Assembly: GCF_018350175.1 (NCBI RefSeq)
Contig: NC_058368.1
Coordinates: 215,576,001 to 215,640,000 of the forward strand
Reading direction: 5' to 3'
Length of the DNA: 64,000 nucleotides
DNA from: Felis catus
Lineage: Eukaryota
Shown: piece by piece, positions 47,226 through 60,630 of the stretch
Numbering within the stretch: position 1 is the first letter of the stretch
Layout of the letters: every line of letters starts with the position of its first letter
Made by a program: the position numbers and the translations under genes
The notes under the pieces: model-generated
Database searches by the model: none
What the model was told of the DNA's origin: nothing
Seen by the model: the letters and a program-made list of their open reading frames with translations, nothing else

Positions 47226-49789
47226 ATGTCTCATTTTTTATATCAGATTCTCTTTGATAGATGCAGCATTCTCTTAGATCTTTAAGGGTACAAAATGGTA
47301 TTTTTTCCCCATAAACTGATTCTCACAAATTGCTTTAGTTTGTTTTTTTTATTAGTTGCTTTCCTGGTGATGTTGATCTATTATCTTATGTATAAGACGG
47401 GTGTACTAAAAAGCATGTTCAACTGAGATTCATGTGGGAATACTTGCCCTCTCTATCCTTTACTATAGATTGACCTTGCTAGTACTTATTGTGGAAATCT
47501 CTGATGATAATATTTTTTTCCCATTTGGCTGTACTTCCTTACATGTGGTAGAGAAGTTAATGTCCATTTTCTACCTGAAGGGTGAATACCTGTCTCCCAG
47601 TTGGAATACCAAATAGTAGAAAAAAATCCTTGAGTATCCCTTAATTCTCATGTGAACAGTATGGTCTTCCAACCTTCAACTTTTCTTCCCAGGCAAAGGA
47701 AATTGTGTTTTATACTCTCTAGAGTACAATCCTTCAGTATTCTCTCAAGTAAGGAAGCTACAATCTCCTGCCTGCATGGAGTGGGAGGAAGATACTTATG
47801 TATAATTTCTTCTCAATTAGACTTTGAACCAGTCCATCTGCTTTAAAGGTCACCTTCCTTCACCTTTCAGCATTTACTGCCACTAATTACTATGTCTTCT
47901 GGAAGTTCTATGGGGATATATTAACTTCGTTCTTAACTTTCCCCACTGCTAAATTAAGATTCTGTCTTTTCAAGCTTCCCGCATTTATCCAGAAGACAAA
48001 TGTTACCTCTTTAATCCTTTTAAACACACTTAGGCTAGCTGTATGTATGCACGTATGTGTAATTTTTCTGTCCTCACACGATCACATACTCTTGGGGTTT
48101 ACTTTGAGGTTTTAAATCCAATAGCTCAAATTCTGCTGGTGCTTTTGACTGCTGACTATCCCCATGAATGTTTTAATTTCCGATTTTGAGCTAGTGAGCT
48201 CATCTTAACCTGGCCTCTTTTGATTTTCCCCATTTATAAATCCTACATGGACTAATATCTCTCTCCAGAGCAATTTTGCATTTGATTTCTAGGCCACCCA
48301 GGGTTTGCACCACACCAGGATCATTTTTTAATTGCTACCTTCTCAGCTTGCGCTATCCCCATATTATAAGTATAGTGTAAATTTATGTTCAAACATGTCA
48401 AAGTTGCAAGGCTATTCTTTTGATTTCTGGAGAGAATTTTTGCCCCACGCATAGCGCCATAGCAAAGGCAAGCTTAGTTTTCTCTGGCGACAGATTTAGT
48501 TGGTTTCCTTATCACTGACACTAAAGGCCTTTGATGGTACCTACTCCATAGGAATTTTGTAGTCTTGTAAGTGCTGTACTCTAACCATTACTATTGCAAT
48601 AAATTCACTGAACGACTGCCGTATCGTCTTATTTACCTCTGTGCCTAGTTCTCAGTTCATTCTTTACTTCTGGCATCCGGAATTTCCCCTTCCTTTTTTG
48701 CAAACTACTGCACAATATTTTCATTATCATATTTTATGCAGAGAATCTCATTTCTATTTTCCAGGAGAAATAAGCACTTGAAATTGCATGATGTTAGTCC
48801 ACAATACATTGTAGATAGTATTATAAAGAAACCATCATTTATGTTAAGAAACATACTTCTTAATAGTGATATACATTCATCAAGGTAAAGGACTTAGTAA
48901 ATAGGACCTTGGTATATGTATACGTGTTTCCTTTTTCAGTGTCCTTTTTGAAAATCTCAAAGCTGTCCATGCCACTGCATATGTTGTGTTCCAGTCAACT
49001 CTTAAGACCTACACTTGCATTAGTTATTGATTTGCTGTACTAAGCCAACATTTTCTCAGTCCTCAAAATATTCTTTCTTGCATTATAAAATCATCCCATC
49101 TGTGTTACAGGTGGAAATTTTCCTAAGTGTCATAGGGCTTATCTTTTTGCTTGATGTTGTACTCCTAGTTTATCCTTAAGCAAATACTCTGTAAGGAGCC
49201 AGGAAACAGTTGCTGGCTTTTACTACTTTCATGTGCCTCCTAAAGAATTCAGTATTAGTGGTCTCATTGATTTGTGAGGCTGTCGTTTTCAGTTGATGGT
49301 GAGGATGGCTCATGGTGACACTTTGAAGCTACTCAAGAAGCTGAATGTGATATCCCTGGCAAGTCTGTGTTCACAGCAGGAAAGATTTTATGCTCAGCTT
49401 TGCTCTACTGACCTTTTGCTCAATTTATCCTTTTATGCCATAAGCCATGATTCAGAAATAGATGCTGGCTTTCTCTGTGTTTCAAGTATCTACCACTTGC
49501 CAAATAATAAGCCACATGACAGGGTTGCCTAAGAAGAAACTTCTGTGATTTAATGACATTTATGATTCATGATGGAAATCATTGTATTGTCAGGATTTTT
49601 CTTCCAGGTGTATGTTATAAAACACATCAATTTATCAATTATAGTACGTGTGTATGTGTATACTTAGAAAATTATAGTGTGTGGATATGTGTATTTACTT
49701 CTTTGGTGAATCCGTCTAGTGACATGGTTTTAAATATCTATATCCTGATATTTAAAAATGTATATTTCAAGCCTCATTCCCTTCCCTAA

Positions 49790-50825
49790 ACACAAGTCAC
49801 ACAAATCCAACTGTCTATTCAATATGTATGCCCTACTTTCCAAGTGTCCAATCAATATGTGATAGAAAGCCCAAATTTTCCACTTTCAAAACGTACTGGC
49901 TTTATCACCATTTTTTTTTTCTATACCAGTCTTCCCCAGTCCTAACGATCCCATCCTTTCTGTTGCTCAGGTGAAAAGTATTGAAATTTTTCTTAACTCT
50001 TGTCTTTTTCATATAGTTTCTTATCCATTCAGACATGAACTCTTGTTGGTGTTTCTTCAGAATGTCTAAAATCTAAAAGTCCTCAACACCACCACGACAA
50101 GGTATTCATGATCTCTCACCTGAATGAATATACTAGCCTGCTGTGTTCTTGCTTTTACTCTTTCAGGCTTTCCTCTTAGAGTGTATTAATATTCTAGTCA
50201 GAGGAAACTTTCAGTAAACCAGATTATATCACTACGTGGCTCAAAAAGACTCTGGCTTCTCATAGTATAAAATAATAGCTGAGAACAATCCTATGTGTTG
50301 AAAGTGTTATCATAACAATTTTAAAAATGGAGAAACGGAAGCACAGAGGTTCAGTTTCTTAATCCATATTAACTGGCTAATAGTGGTTGTATATGTTTTG
50401 AGGGGTCTATGCTTTTAACCATGGCAGTCTATGGTCTCTTAGTAGTAAGGTATTTTTAAAGCGCTTAATGTTTTGCACATATTCTCTCCCTTACTTTGCA
50501 CAGACTTCTCTGTCTTCATACCTCCTTTCACTCTCCTAACTTGTTTAGTCAAACTGAACTTGTTGATATTCCCCAAATATACCAGGCATAATTCTGCCCC
50601 AGGTGCTCTGCACTGGCTCTTCCCTTCTGCTAGAACTCTCCACTAGAAATTTATTTGGGTCACATTCTCATCACATGCACTAAAATATTGCCTTATCACT
50701 CAGATCTATCCTGACTTCTTCACTGAAAATTTCAACGTCCCCTCCCCTGGGCTTACACTGCTGTGGATCCACTCAATGTTTGTCCATAAACCTATCACAC
50801 TCTAACACACTATTAAATTTACTTG
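49790..50825 (+). mobile_element. L2 fragment interrupted by an antisense MIR (~50280-50430)
   Basis: ccatcctttctgttgctcaggtgaaaa; catgatctctcacctgaat; MIR aaaatggagaaacggaagcacagaggtt. Confidence 0.65.
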
Positions 50826-50831
50826 GTAATT

Positions 50832-51038
50832 GAGGCATCTGTGTGGCTCAGCCAGCTGCGGTCTGACTCTTGATTTCCACTCAGGTCATCATGATCCCAG
50901 GATTGTGGGTTTGGGCTCTGGGCTGAGCATGGAGTCTGCTTGAAAATCTCTCTCTTTCTGTCCGTCTGTCTCTCTGTCTCTTCCTCTCCTTCTGCCCCTC
51001 TCCGCTACTCACACTTTCTCAAAATATCTATCTACCAA
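50832..51038 (+). mobile_element. Older CAN-SINE
   Basis: Degenerate TSD taaatttacttggtaatt (50814-50831) / taaacttacttactaatt (51039-51056). Confidence 0.9.
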
Positions 51039-51439
51039 TAAACTTACTTACTAATTAATTGTATTTAATTTATTTTGTTGTCATATACAACAGAGAGGAA
51101 AATAAAACTAGTATTTTAGGAAATTAAATAAGTTAAATTTCATATATCTTAATCACTGCTTAATTTATGCACAGTCTTTTCCTCTGAGTTTGTTGTGAAA
51201 TATTTACTAACAATTCTAAATTGTGATGAGTGAAAATACACTTGAATTGGTAGTGCAGAGTAATGGATAGACTTAAGACTTTCTAAATTCCTAAGGCTGA
51301 CTTTAAAGACAACATAAACTAAATATAATGAGCATTAACAATTGACATTTTTATGGTCATTATCAGCATCATGGTTATTTGTCCTTCAAGCAGTTTTTAC
51401 TATATATAGAATTTTCATAAACACATATAAAAGAACTTT

Positions 51440-51650
51440 AAAATAAGCTATTAATATTTATTAAGTACCTTCTAAATCTAAATATGTTAACATGGGGTTA
51501 CACTTAATTATTGTAAATGTTTATGAGGCTCTATTACATCCCATACTTCATAAACAAAGAGTTCAGTTTACAGAGTTTCAGTGTCTCACTCAAGTTTATC
51601 TACACAGTAAGTAATTTACCCAGAATATAAGTTCAATAATTCCTTCCAAA
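51440..51650 (-). mobile_element. MIR fragment
   Basis: aatatttattaagtacc..tattacatcccatacttca..caagtttatctacacagtaagt. Confidence 0.5.
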
Positions 51651-53507
51651 AGAGACCGGGGTTGTCAACACCCACTGACATCCCCAAATTTCTTTTCCTA
51701 TTGTTAATATTGCAAAATGAAAATCCATGTTATATACCAGTTGACCTAAGGATATTTATTGCTACGGATAATGTCATTTCACAATGCCTAGGTTTATGAG
51801 GAAATTAAACACCTTTTTAAAATGTTTTAAAGTATTACCCTAGTCTAATATAATTATTCCTTTTTCTGTTGATTTAACTTATTCCCAGGAAATCTAATAT
51901 GTTTTCATGTGCACAGATATAATTTGTGTAAATAAAGGGAAGACCAAATGTGAGACACACTATGTTGGCCAGTATACACACAATTAAAGAAATAGGATTA
52001 ATTCATTCCCATTCTTACTTATCTACTTGTTATGCCTTGAAATCCTTTTGAGGGTAAATTCTCTCCAGGTCTGTGTATTTTACGGTCTCTGATTTTCAAG
52101 GGTATTCTTTGTCAAACTATATCTTAAAGTGGATTGAACTTTGTAAACACAACCACTTTTTGCCTCCACTGCATTTCTTGGATGTTACTATAAATTAATT
52201 TACAATGGAGCTCTTAACTGAACATTCATTATGAATATCTAGACATTTATTATTAGCGTAAGGGGCTCTCCATCCTTCCCTTGTAATCTATTAAGATAAT
52301 TTGCATGTAAATTTATAACTTCTGTGTCAATTTTTCTTAAATAAAATGTGAAGAAAAGATACAGACTTGAGATTTGAGATTAACATGTTTCAACTACTTT
52401 TTAAACTTCTTTGCTCGGATTGGACATTATTTGATTTACGGCTGGATATTAAGTTATCAAAAAGGGTGTTGCACTTCAGAAAAAAATTAGTTTAAGTCAC
52501 ATTAATATGTATCTTCTCAAGTGTAAGTGGGTAACATAGTGAAATCACTCTTGAAATCTTTATGTGAATGAACATAAAAAGAAGCTGTAATATCTCCTTA
52601 AAGCATAATTTGAGAAAAACAACTGGGTTACAATACGATGGGAGATTGTACAGAGGATTATATTTCAAACCAAATTAATATAAGACAAAGAGCCATGGTT
52701 CCTCAAAAATACATTTTTTTTGAATTGTGACAAACAAGGCTATAGGAAAGCTCAAATATCGAATTAACAATGTAACTAGCTAACTGCAACCGACATGTTA
52801 TTTTCTTATCCATAATATGAAGATAATAACAGTTACCTGGCCTTCCCCACAAAGATTTTCGTAATATCAAAAGAGTCAACAAATTTGAAAATAAATTCTT
52901 CTTCGAGAAATCCAACCTCCTATTAACCCACTTACGCTGCCCTTTTTGCTCTGGCTTATACCTATATTGCCTCCTCACATCCAAACACATTAAACCAAGT
53001 ATGCTCTTGAAATTCTATTATATTATGTACTGTTGCCACGGCCAATGGTAACCTTTCATATATGCTCTCCTGTGCTCTTGTTTTCCTCTTGAAACTGTCT
53101 TGTCTCTGTGCTACTCATTTCTGTACCCTATTCTGTATCAGTCAGTGCACAGATAGAACAAAAACAACTCCTGGACATTCCAAGCATATATTTTTCACAA
53201 ATTTGTTTGTAAAGCTGAAATTGCAAAGAAGAAAAAAAAACGGGGGGGCTCCACAACTCTACATTTGTAGCTAGGCATCTAGAGAGTCCCATTGCCAATA
53301 TTGCTAGTGGTGTTGGGGCTGACAGTTTTCTGTAGGTCCCCAAATCGGCTCTTGATTCTTCTACCTCCTAATTACAGCAACGGAGTAGAAATAAGCCGGT
53401 AAGGGAGTCTAGGAATACAGTTGCTGGATTCCTAGCTCCCTGTGAACCTTTGAGAGCTAACGAAAATGAGAACGGAAACTGGAATTAATGATATGTGTTA
53501 GAGTGCC

Positions 53508-53924
53508 TGTACTGCTTTGCTAGGGTTGTTGTAACAAAGTACTGCAGATAGTGTGGCTTAAACAACAGGAATTTGTTGTTTAACAATCTGGCGACTAGAA
53601 GTTCAAAATCAAGGTGTTGTCAGGATTTTTTTTTTTAATTTTTTTCCCTAAGGCTTTGAGGGAAGCATCTGTTCTGGATCTCTATCCTTGATTTGTAGAT
53701 GTGGCTATCTTTGCCCTACGTGTCCTCACATTATCCTTTGCTTTATTCAGGTCTTTGCCCTAATTTTCCCTTCTTATAGGGATACAATTCTTATTGGATT
53801 AGGCTCATCCTAATGACTTTATTTTAATTTAAATATCTAAACACCCTATCAGTCACATTTTGAGATGCTGGGGATTAGGACTTCAGCATATGAATTTTCA
53901 GGACATAGCACTCAACCCATAAAG
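53508..53924 (-). mobile_element. MaLR solo LTR (MLT1B/C-like)
   Basis: gtaacaaagtac..ggcttaaacaacag..gaagttcaaaatcaaggtgt..ggacttcagcatatgaatttt; 5-bp TSD gtgcc / gtgtc. Confidence 0.85.
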
Positions 53925-54219
53925 GTGTCCCAAGGTGGCAAGTACATAAATGATTTGTAGTTCATAGGAGAGTTTACCCAGCATGTTTCTTTTTTCCTTG
54001 CTCCATAAGGAATCTTGTTTTAGTTCTCTTTTAACTCATCCAGTAGTAAGGTGTTTGGTATATCAGAGTCTCAATAAATCAGTCAGGCAGTTGTTAAAGA
54101 CTCATTGAGCCAAACATTTAATGTTACATGAAAGAATTCAAAAACTAGAAGTCAGTTTGCACTCTAAATCTATTCAACATTGCTTTCCTATCTAACTATT
54201 CCGTTCATTTGCTCAATAT

Positions 54220-54235
54220 AAACCTACTTGGGACT

Positions 54236-54292
<57 letters not shown>

Positions 54293-54397
54293 CGCGCGCG
54301 CGCTCTCTCTCTGCCCCTCCCACCCCTCTTGCTCTCAAAAAAAAAAAAAAAAAAAAAAAGAGTAGGACACTTAACCTACTAAACCACCCAGGTGCCC
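54220..54397. mobile_element. Rearranged CAN-SINE: sense 3' half and poly(A), then antisense 40-bp head
   Basis: acctacttgggac(CT)n..ctgcccctccc..A23, then gagtaggacacttaacctactaaaccacccaggtgccc. Confidence 0.85.
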
Positions 54398-54428
54398 ACT
54401 TACCTTTGGTTTTAAAGGGGGATACACA

Positions 54429-54635
54429 GGGGCCCCTGGGTGGCTCAGTTGGTTAAGTGTCCGACTTCGGCTCTGGTCATGGTCTCATGGTTTGTGGGTT
54501 TGAGCCCTGCGTCAGGCTCTGTGGTGACAGCTCAGAGGCTGCAGCCTGCTTCGGATTCTGTCTCCATCTCTCTCTGCCCCTCCCCCACTTGTGCTCTGTC
54601 TCTATCAAAAATAAATAAAAAGTAAAAAAAAAAAA
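54429..54635 (+). mobile_element. CAN-SINE (SINEC_Fc-like)
   Basis: Degenerate TSD ttaaagggggatacacag / ttaaacaggaatacacag. Confidence 0.96.
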
Positions 54636-55164
54636 TTAAACAGGAATACACAGCAACTCCTACTACATTGCCTGAAAGTTTCATATTTCTTCCCACTCAT
54701 CCTCTCTCCTCTCTTCCCCCTGCTTCACCTTCTTATTCTTCCCCTCCTTCCTCACATCAGTTTAACAAATTCATAGCAATCACAGTTTTGTTGTAATGTG
54801 ACACATGTATTGATAAAAATCAATGTGCTATCCAAATAATCATTCCATAAACAGCACAATGGATTGGGGGAAAGTGGCACCAATTTGTATATGATTACTT
54901 ACAACCAGAATTTTGTCATTCAAATTTCATTTATTCTTTGTATAATAGGACTCACATATATGCATCTCTTTCTTAATGCCATTAACCCATTCTGAGTCCT
55001 TCATGATTTTGTTCTGTTTAATCATTTTTTTCAATATGAATGTTAGTTTAATAATCTTATAAACCTATGTGTTCATTAAATTGCTCATTAATTTGTGTTC
55101 TGATTAATGAAATGTTCCTTTTGTAAAGATTTGAGGAAACAATTATATCTGGTGACGAGTTTTT

Positions 55165-55282
55165 CCTCCTAGACTGTAAGACACGTGGAGAAAACAGGGC
55201 TCAGTTGTTTGATCCATGTATCATTATCTTTCATATACACATTAGCTGTATCTAAATGTGATTCAAAGTATCAATGAATTGA
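55165..55282 (+). mobile_element. L2 3' end
   Basis: ctagactgtaagacacgtggag..caggg. Confidence 0.5.
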
Positions 55283-55294
55283 GAGAAAATAGAG

Positions 55295-55920
55295 GGTGTT
55301 TGGTTAAGAGGATTGGCATTGGTGTCAGAAATCTGCTTCTAGTTCCTTATCCATTCAAAAAAATCAGGCAAACTTGCAACTACGTGGATGGAACTGGAGG
55401 GTATTATGCTAAGTGAAATTAGTCAGAGAAAGACAAATATCATATGACTTCAATCATATGAGGACTTTAAGAGACAAAACAGATGAAATTAGGGAAGGGA
55501 AACAAAAATAATATAAAAACAGGGAGGGGGACAGAACAGAAGAGACTCATAAATATGGAGAACAAACTGAGGTTGTGGGAGGGGGGATGCGCTAAATGGC
55601 TAAGGGCCTCTTAAGAATCTACTCCTGAATTCATTGTTGCAGTATATGCTAATTTGGGTGTAAATTTAAAAACAAATAAAAAATGAAACAAGTTAAAATA
55701 AAAAAATAAATACATAAAAAACTACACCACACACACACACAAAAATAAAATAAAATACAGGCCTTCCAATCACATAACTGAAAAAAAAATCAGGCAATTG
55801 AGTATTATTTGGGCCTTGATTTTAATGTTTGTTAAATGAGAATAATCATATCAACCTCATAGTCTCTTAGAGAAAATGAAGTTAAAAATATGTAGAGTAG
55901 TGATATCAAAATTCTTAATA
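55295..55920 (+). mobile_element. MIR split by the L1 at 55372-55782
   Basis: 5' part tggttaagag..tggtgtcaga; 3' part gttaaatgagaataatcatatcaacctcatag. Confidence 0.55.
55372..55782 (+). mobile_element. 5'-truncated felid L1 with extra 3' sequence
   Basis: tggatggaactggagggtattatgctaagtgaaattagtcag and 3' UTR; perfect 15-bp TSD aaaaaaatcaggcaa (55357-55371 / 55783-55797). Confidence 0.93.
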
Positions 55921-56746
55921 TCTAGTATAGGCACCCTGTTTTATTCTTTTTAATAGGCATCTATGTCGTTTTGTCCAAATGTTATTTTGTTTCAAATTTG
56001 TTTAAAATTTGAAAGCAATACGCAATTACCTCGGTAGAAAAATACATTTTTCATGACTTTATTATTTTTATTAATTTTGAGTTACTTCAAAGCTAAAAAA
56101 AGATTTGTTACATACATTCCAATTACTCTTTTAAGTTTCAGCTTAAAAAGTATACTTCTCTAGATTTAGAATAAATTCAACAGGTAACAAAGATACCCTG
56201 GTAAAATAAATATCTGTCCCTTTCCTGGTGACCATCCATCCCTCTCTTCTCTTTGACGTCCTAAGGAATAATTTCCTCTGGTTATTTCTTCTCAAAGATT
56301 TAACCCACACTTGGTTGCTAATGGTTTAAAAATTACCATAAATCTATGTCAAGTTAGGGTTTTATGCATTTCAATACCGGAATAAGTATGTTTAGAATTA
56401 TAAGTTGCTGGTAGCAAGGGATACCTAGGAGATATAAATTAGTCCCTCCTTTTCTTAAAAAGGAGTGCTTGTAATGTCTAATTACGCTCTTTAAAATTAG
56501 ATGAATCAGTCTGCCCCAGGCAATATAGCTGAAAGGCTTAGTAACTTTCTATACTACAGGCTTTTTAAAAATATAAATGTAAAATAGCATAGTTCCTTAA
56601 AACTGAGCTTTTCTTACTTTTACCAACATGATACATAAAATAACTGTGTTAAGTAAATTTAATAAATAAATGACATTTTCAATCCAAGAAAGATAAATGT
56701 ATTGGTTTAAAAATTTTAAATCGGGTTTAAAAAAACCATTAGAACA

Positions 56747-56975
56747 GGGGCGCCTGGGTGGCGCAGTCGGTTAAGCGTCCGACTTCAGCCAGGTCACGAT
56801 CTCGCGGTCTGTGAGTTCGAGCCCCGCGTCGGGCTCTGGGCTGATGGCTCAGAGCCTGGAGCCTGTTTCCAATTCTGTGTCTCCCTCTCTCTCTGCCCCT
56901 CCCCCGTTCATGCTCTGTCTCTCTCTGTCCCAAAAATAAATAAAAAACGTTGAAAAAAAAATTAAAAAAAAAAAT
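56747..56975 (+). mobile_element. Young felid SINEC_Fc
   Basis: ggggcgcctgggtggcgcagtcggttaagcgtccgacttcagccaggtcacgatctcgcgg; CpG-rich; TSD ccattagaacag / ccattaaaacag. Confidence 0.98.
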
Positions 56976-57129
56976 CCATTAAAACAGAGAAATGATACAC
57001 TCACTTGAAATAATATGAGAAATTAAGTAAAAACCTTAATTATTATTAAGGAGGAAACTAACATTTCAACAGTAGAGAATAATGTAAATAGTTTGCTTAT
57101 CCACGTCTTGTTCCAGGATATACTGACAT

Positions 57130-57303
57130 AAAATAAATAAATATATATATTTAAACTCTGGCACATATATTATATATAATATATATACATATGTAAAAAT
57201 ACATATGTATATAAAATATATATGTATATAATTATATATAATCTGGCATATATATTTATATGTATGTAATATATATATAAATATATGTATTTAAAATCTG
57301 GCA
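57130..57303. repeat. TA-rich tract punctuated by three tctggca motifs
   Basis: tctggca at 57157, 57242 and 57297. Confidence 0.85.
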
Positions 57304-57706
57304 TTAAAATCTATGAATTAACATGGGAATTTTGAAAAGAATGATTACTTTTATCAATGTTATACTTGTTTTTCTTGACATCATTAAAATTAAACAATAC
57401 CTAACAAATGATTTAGTTTTCCTCACTTGAAAATTACATGACAAGTATGGAAATATTTAATTTAAAACATTCTTTACCATCAAGTTACTCATAGGTTTGT
57501 TGTTAGTTTCAATAAAAACCATAAAAAGCTTGTATGCATCAGGTGTTATTTCAGTAATTTGCCAATTGCCAAAATTCCGCCATGCCAAATTTTAGGAAAA
57601 TTAATAATATTTATGTTGAGAATAATGACTGCATTTCATTTTTATTTATAATGTATAAAATACTGTGAAGACACATTTCATTCTTATTTCGTTTGTCTAC
57701 ATTTTT

Positions 57707-58240
57707 TTCCTTTTATTTATTTTATTTTATTTTTAAATATGAAATTTATTGTCAGATTGGTTTCCATACAACACCCAGTGCTCGTCCCAACAGGTGCCCT
57801 CCTCAATACCCATCACTCACCACCCCCTCCCTCCCACCCCCATCAACCCTCAGTTTGTTCTCAGTTTTTAAGAGTCTCTTATGGTTTGGTTCCCTCCCTC
57901 TCTTTTTTTTTTCCTCCTTCCCCTTCCCCATGGTCTTCTGTTAAGTTTCTCAGGATCCACATAAGAGTGAAAACATATGAAATCTGTCTTTCTCTGTATG
58001 ACTTATTTCACTTAGCATAACACTCTCCAGTTCCATCCACATTGTTACAAAAGGCCATATTTCATTCTTTCTCATTGCCATGTAGTATTCCATTGTGTAT
58101 ATAAACCACAATTTCTTTATCCACTCATCAGTTGATGGACATTTAGGCTCTTTCCATAATTTGGCTAGTGTTGAAAGTGCTACTGTAAACATTGGGGTAC
58201 AAGTGCCCCTATGCATCAGCACTCCTGTATCCCTTGGTAA
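57707..58240 (-). mobile_element. 5'-truncated felid L1 (L1_Fc-like)
   Basis: ORF 57950-58222 is an uninterrupted ORF2p C-terminus (CTPMF..WKEPKCPSTDEWIKK..WMELESVMLSEISH); TSD tttgtctacattttt (57692-57706) / tttgtctccattttt (58241-58255). Confidence 0.96.
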
Positions 58241-58529
58241 TTTGTCTCCATTTTTAAATTAAAATGTATTTATCCACTTCTAATCATGATGAATTAATAA
58301 GGACAAGACTTCCACTTAAGCCTTAAAAATAAATGAAAACTGAAACCTAAATAAAATAACTTGCCAAGAGATCAACAAATGTTCCAGAAATTAGACACTA
58401 AGAAATGCTAAATTTTGATTTATATACGTGAGGAAAATAAATGAGATATTTTTGACATTGATTCAGATTTCCTGCTTACATGCTTTTTATTACTATGATG
58501 ATAATGATGATGATGATGGAATCAGGTAT

Positions 58530-59440
58530 GGGAAATAAAACAGAGTCCAAGAGCCTTATTAAGAAGAGATACTAGAGATTGGGAATCTGAGGAGAATAAA
58601 TGGCTGAAAGTTACAGAGCTAAGTTCCAGAAAGGAGCGAACCATAAAGAAAAATAAATCCAGAAATATGCATAATGTCCCAATTGATATTTGCTGAGTAT
58701 GAAACTATGTAAGCATGGAGAATAAATCTAAAAGGCCAGGAAATAAAAAGTGGAAGACTGTAAACTTGAAAACATCCATTAATCACATAGAACGTGAAGA
58801 TATTTCAGCTATGTACAGGCAAAATAAATATAGTTGACCCTTGAACACTGCAGGTTTGAACTGCATGGGTCCACTTCCACAAGGATTTTTTTTACAATAT
58901 AGTACTGTAAATATATTTTCTCTTTTTCATGACTTTAATAACATGTTCTTTTTTCTATCTGACTTTATTACAAGAATACATTATAAAATACATATAACAT
59001 GCCAATATGTTAATCAACTATGTTATTGATAACTTCTAATAGCTTACTTTTGACTAGAAGCCTTCAGTCTTGGGGGAGAAAAAAGTTACATGTGGATTTT
59101 CAATTGTGTGTGGGTTGGCAGCACTAACCCCCACACTGTTCAACGATCAACTTAGTCTTCAGTGACCACTAGGCTCATTAGTGGAGATACCAGAGGTATC
59201 TTCCTTCTAATAAAGTTGAACTATCCCTGGAATAAAGGTTGTAATTTATGCTCCCTGGAAAAGCTAGTATCTCACTGACTCACAAATGACTGTTAGCCAG
59301 CCAAAGCAACCCAAAACTCCTTAAGGCAAGAAAACAAAATCCAGTCACTCAACAAGAAAATACAATGACCAGCATCCAACCAAAATATGACAAACAGCAG
59401 AAATTTTCCAAAAAATGTGTCCATAAACTTGAAGGTATAG
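58530..59440 (+). mobile_element. Ancient L1M 5' region split by a Tigger element
   Basis: aatccagaaatatgcataa; acaaaatccagtcactcaaca..acaatgaccagcatccaaccaaaa. Confidence 0.45.
58831..59152 (+). mobile_element. Tigger2a-like MITE
   Basis: TIRs agttgacccttgaaca / tgttcaacgatcaact, flanked by TA on both sides. Confidence 0.88.
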
Positions 59441-60115
59441 CAAGAAGATTTAAATACTATGAGCCAAACAATTCTGATTAATTCTTTAACTCAACTGCCC
59501 ATTATGGAAACCATACTCATCTTATAAATATCATTTAATGTATGCTCATTAGCCATAGCTACCATGGATACTCCACTTAGTTCAGTGAGCTCAGTTTCAT
59601 GGTGTCACTCCCACTGACATTCACTATCTGAAGATAATAGTCACCATATTGTTGTTTGAGAATATTAAGACCACATAACTCGCAGCCATTTCCTACTTCT
59701 TTGGGATTTCACTTATTTATTTAGATTCATAAAATTGTACCTCTTTTCTAAAATATGTTTTTAATATGAAGCCTATGGAAAAAGTATAGGAATAGGTCTT
59801 AAAGGACATGCATCAGGATCTAAGGTATGTAGTATTGGAACAGCTTGCATGTATAATTTGTGAATCAGGAGAGATTCTGATTTCCATGTGTTAACTCAAT
59901 TTTCTGGGAATGACACATTTTGGTGGGTCGATGTAATCATAAACCCAAAGGTAACAGCAAAATAAAGTTGAAACTCCTAAAGTGTTTTGGTATTCTGTAC
60001 AAAAAGAAGAGAGAACGAGATCAGAAATTTTCAGTGGATCAAGAATATAAGACTTGCTTACTGTAACAATGTTCTCTGGAAGGACCAAAAAGATATTCCC
60101 TTTGGCTCATAGAAT

Positions 60116-60334
60116 TTTTTTTAATGTTTATTTCATTATTTTGAGAAAAAGAGGGAGAAAACACACAAGAGAGTGGGGCAAGAGCTAAGAAAAAGAGAGA
60201 CAGAGAGAGACTCTCAAGCAGGCTTCATGCTGTCAGCACAGAGCCAGATGCGTGGCTTGATCTCATGTGAGATCATGACCTGAGTGGAAATCAACAGCCA
60301 GATGCTTAACCCACTGATCCACTCAGGTGCCCCC
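60116..60334 (-). mobile_element. CAN-SINE inside ERVL
   Basis: TSD ctttggctcatagaat (60100-60115) / ctttgactcacagaat (60336-60351). Confidence 0.95.
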
Positions 60335-60630
60335 ACTTTGACTCACAGAATGTTTATGTGCCTCGCTGATCATGCTCTCAACAATGGATACAAATGGACA
60401 GCCTGCAAAGGTAATATTTGTTTTGCATATGCAGGAGATATCTGTATTTATTGAACATAAAATGACTGCAATCACCATAATCAATTCCCAGACTTGAGCC
60501 GGTTTACATAGTCAAAAACCTTTAAATAAAGTTGAGATCATTTCCTCTTGCAGGAGCATCCTGCTACATAACCAAATGTCACCCTATAATTTTCCCTTTT
60601 AGTAAATCTTAGAAAATCTGACTGTAAGTG

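Noticed and set aside
47990..48760. Possible ancient HAL1/L1M 5' fragment
   Set aside because: Resemblance too weak to call without a profile search
56747..56830. tRNA genes
   Set aside because: The A/B-box-like heads continue into SINE body, (CT)n and A tail, so they are CAN-SINE heads
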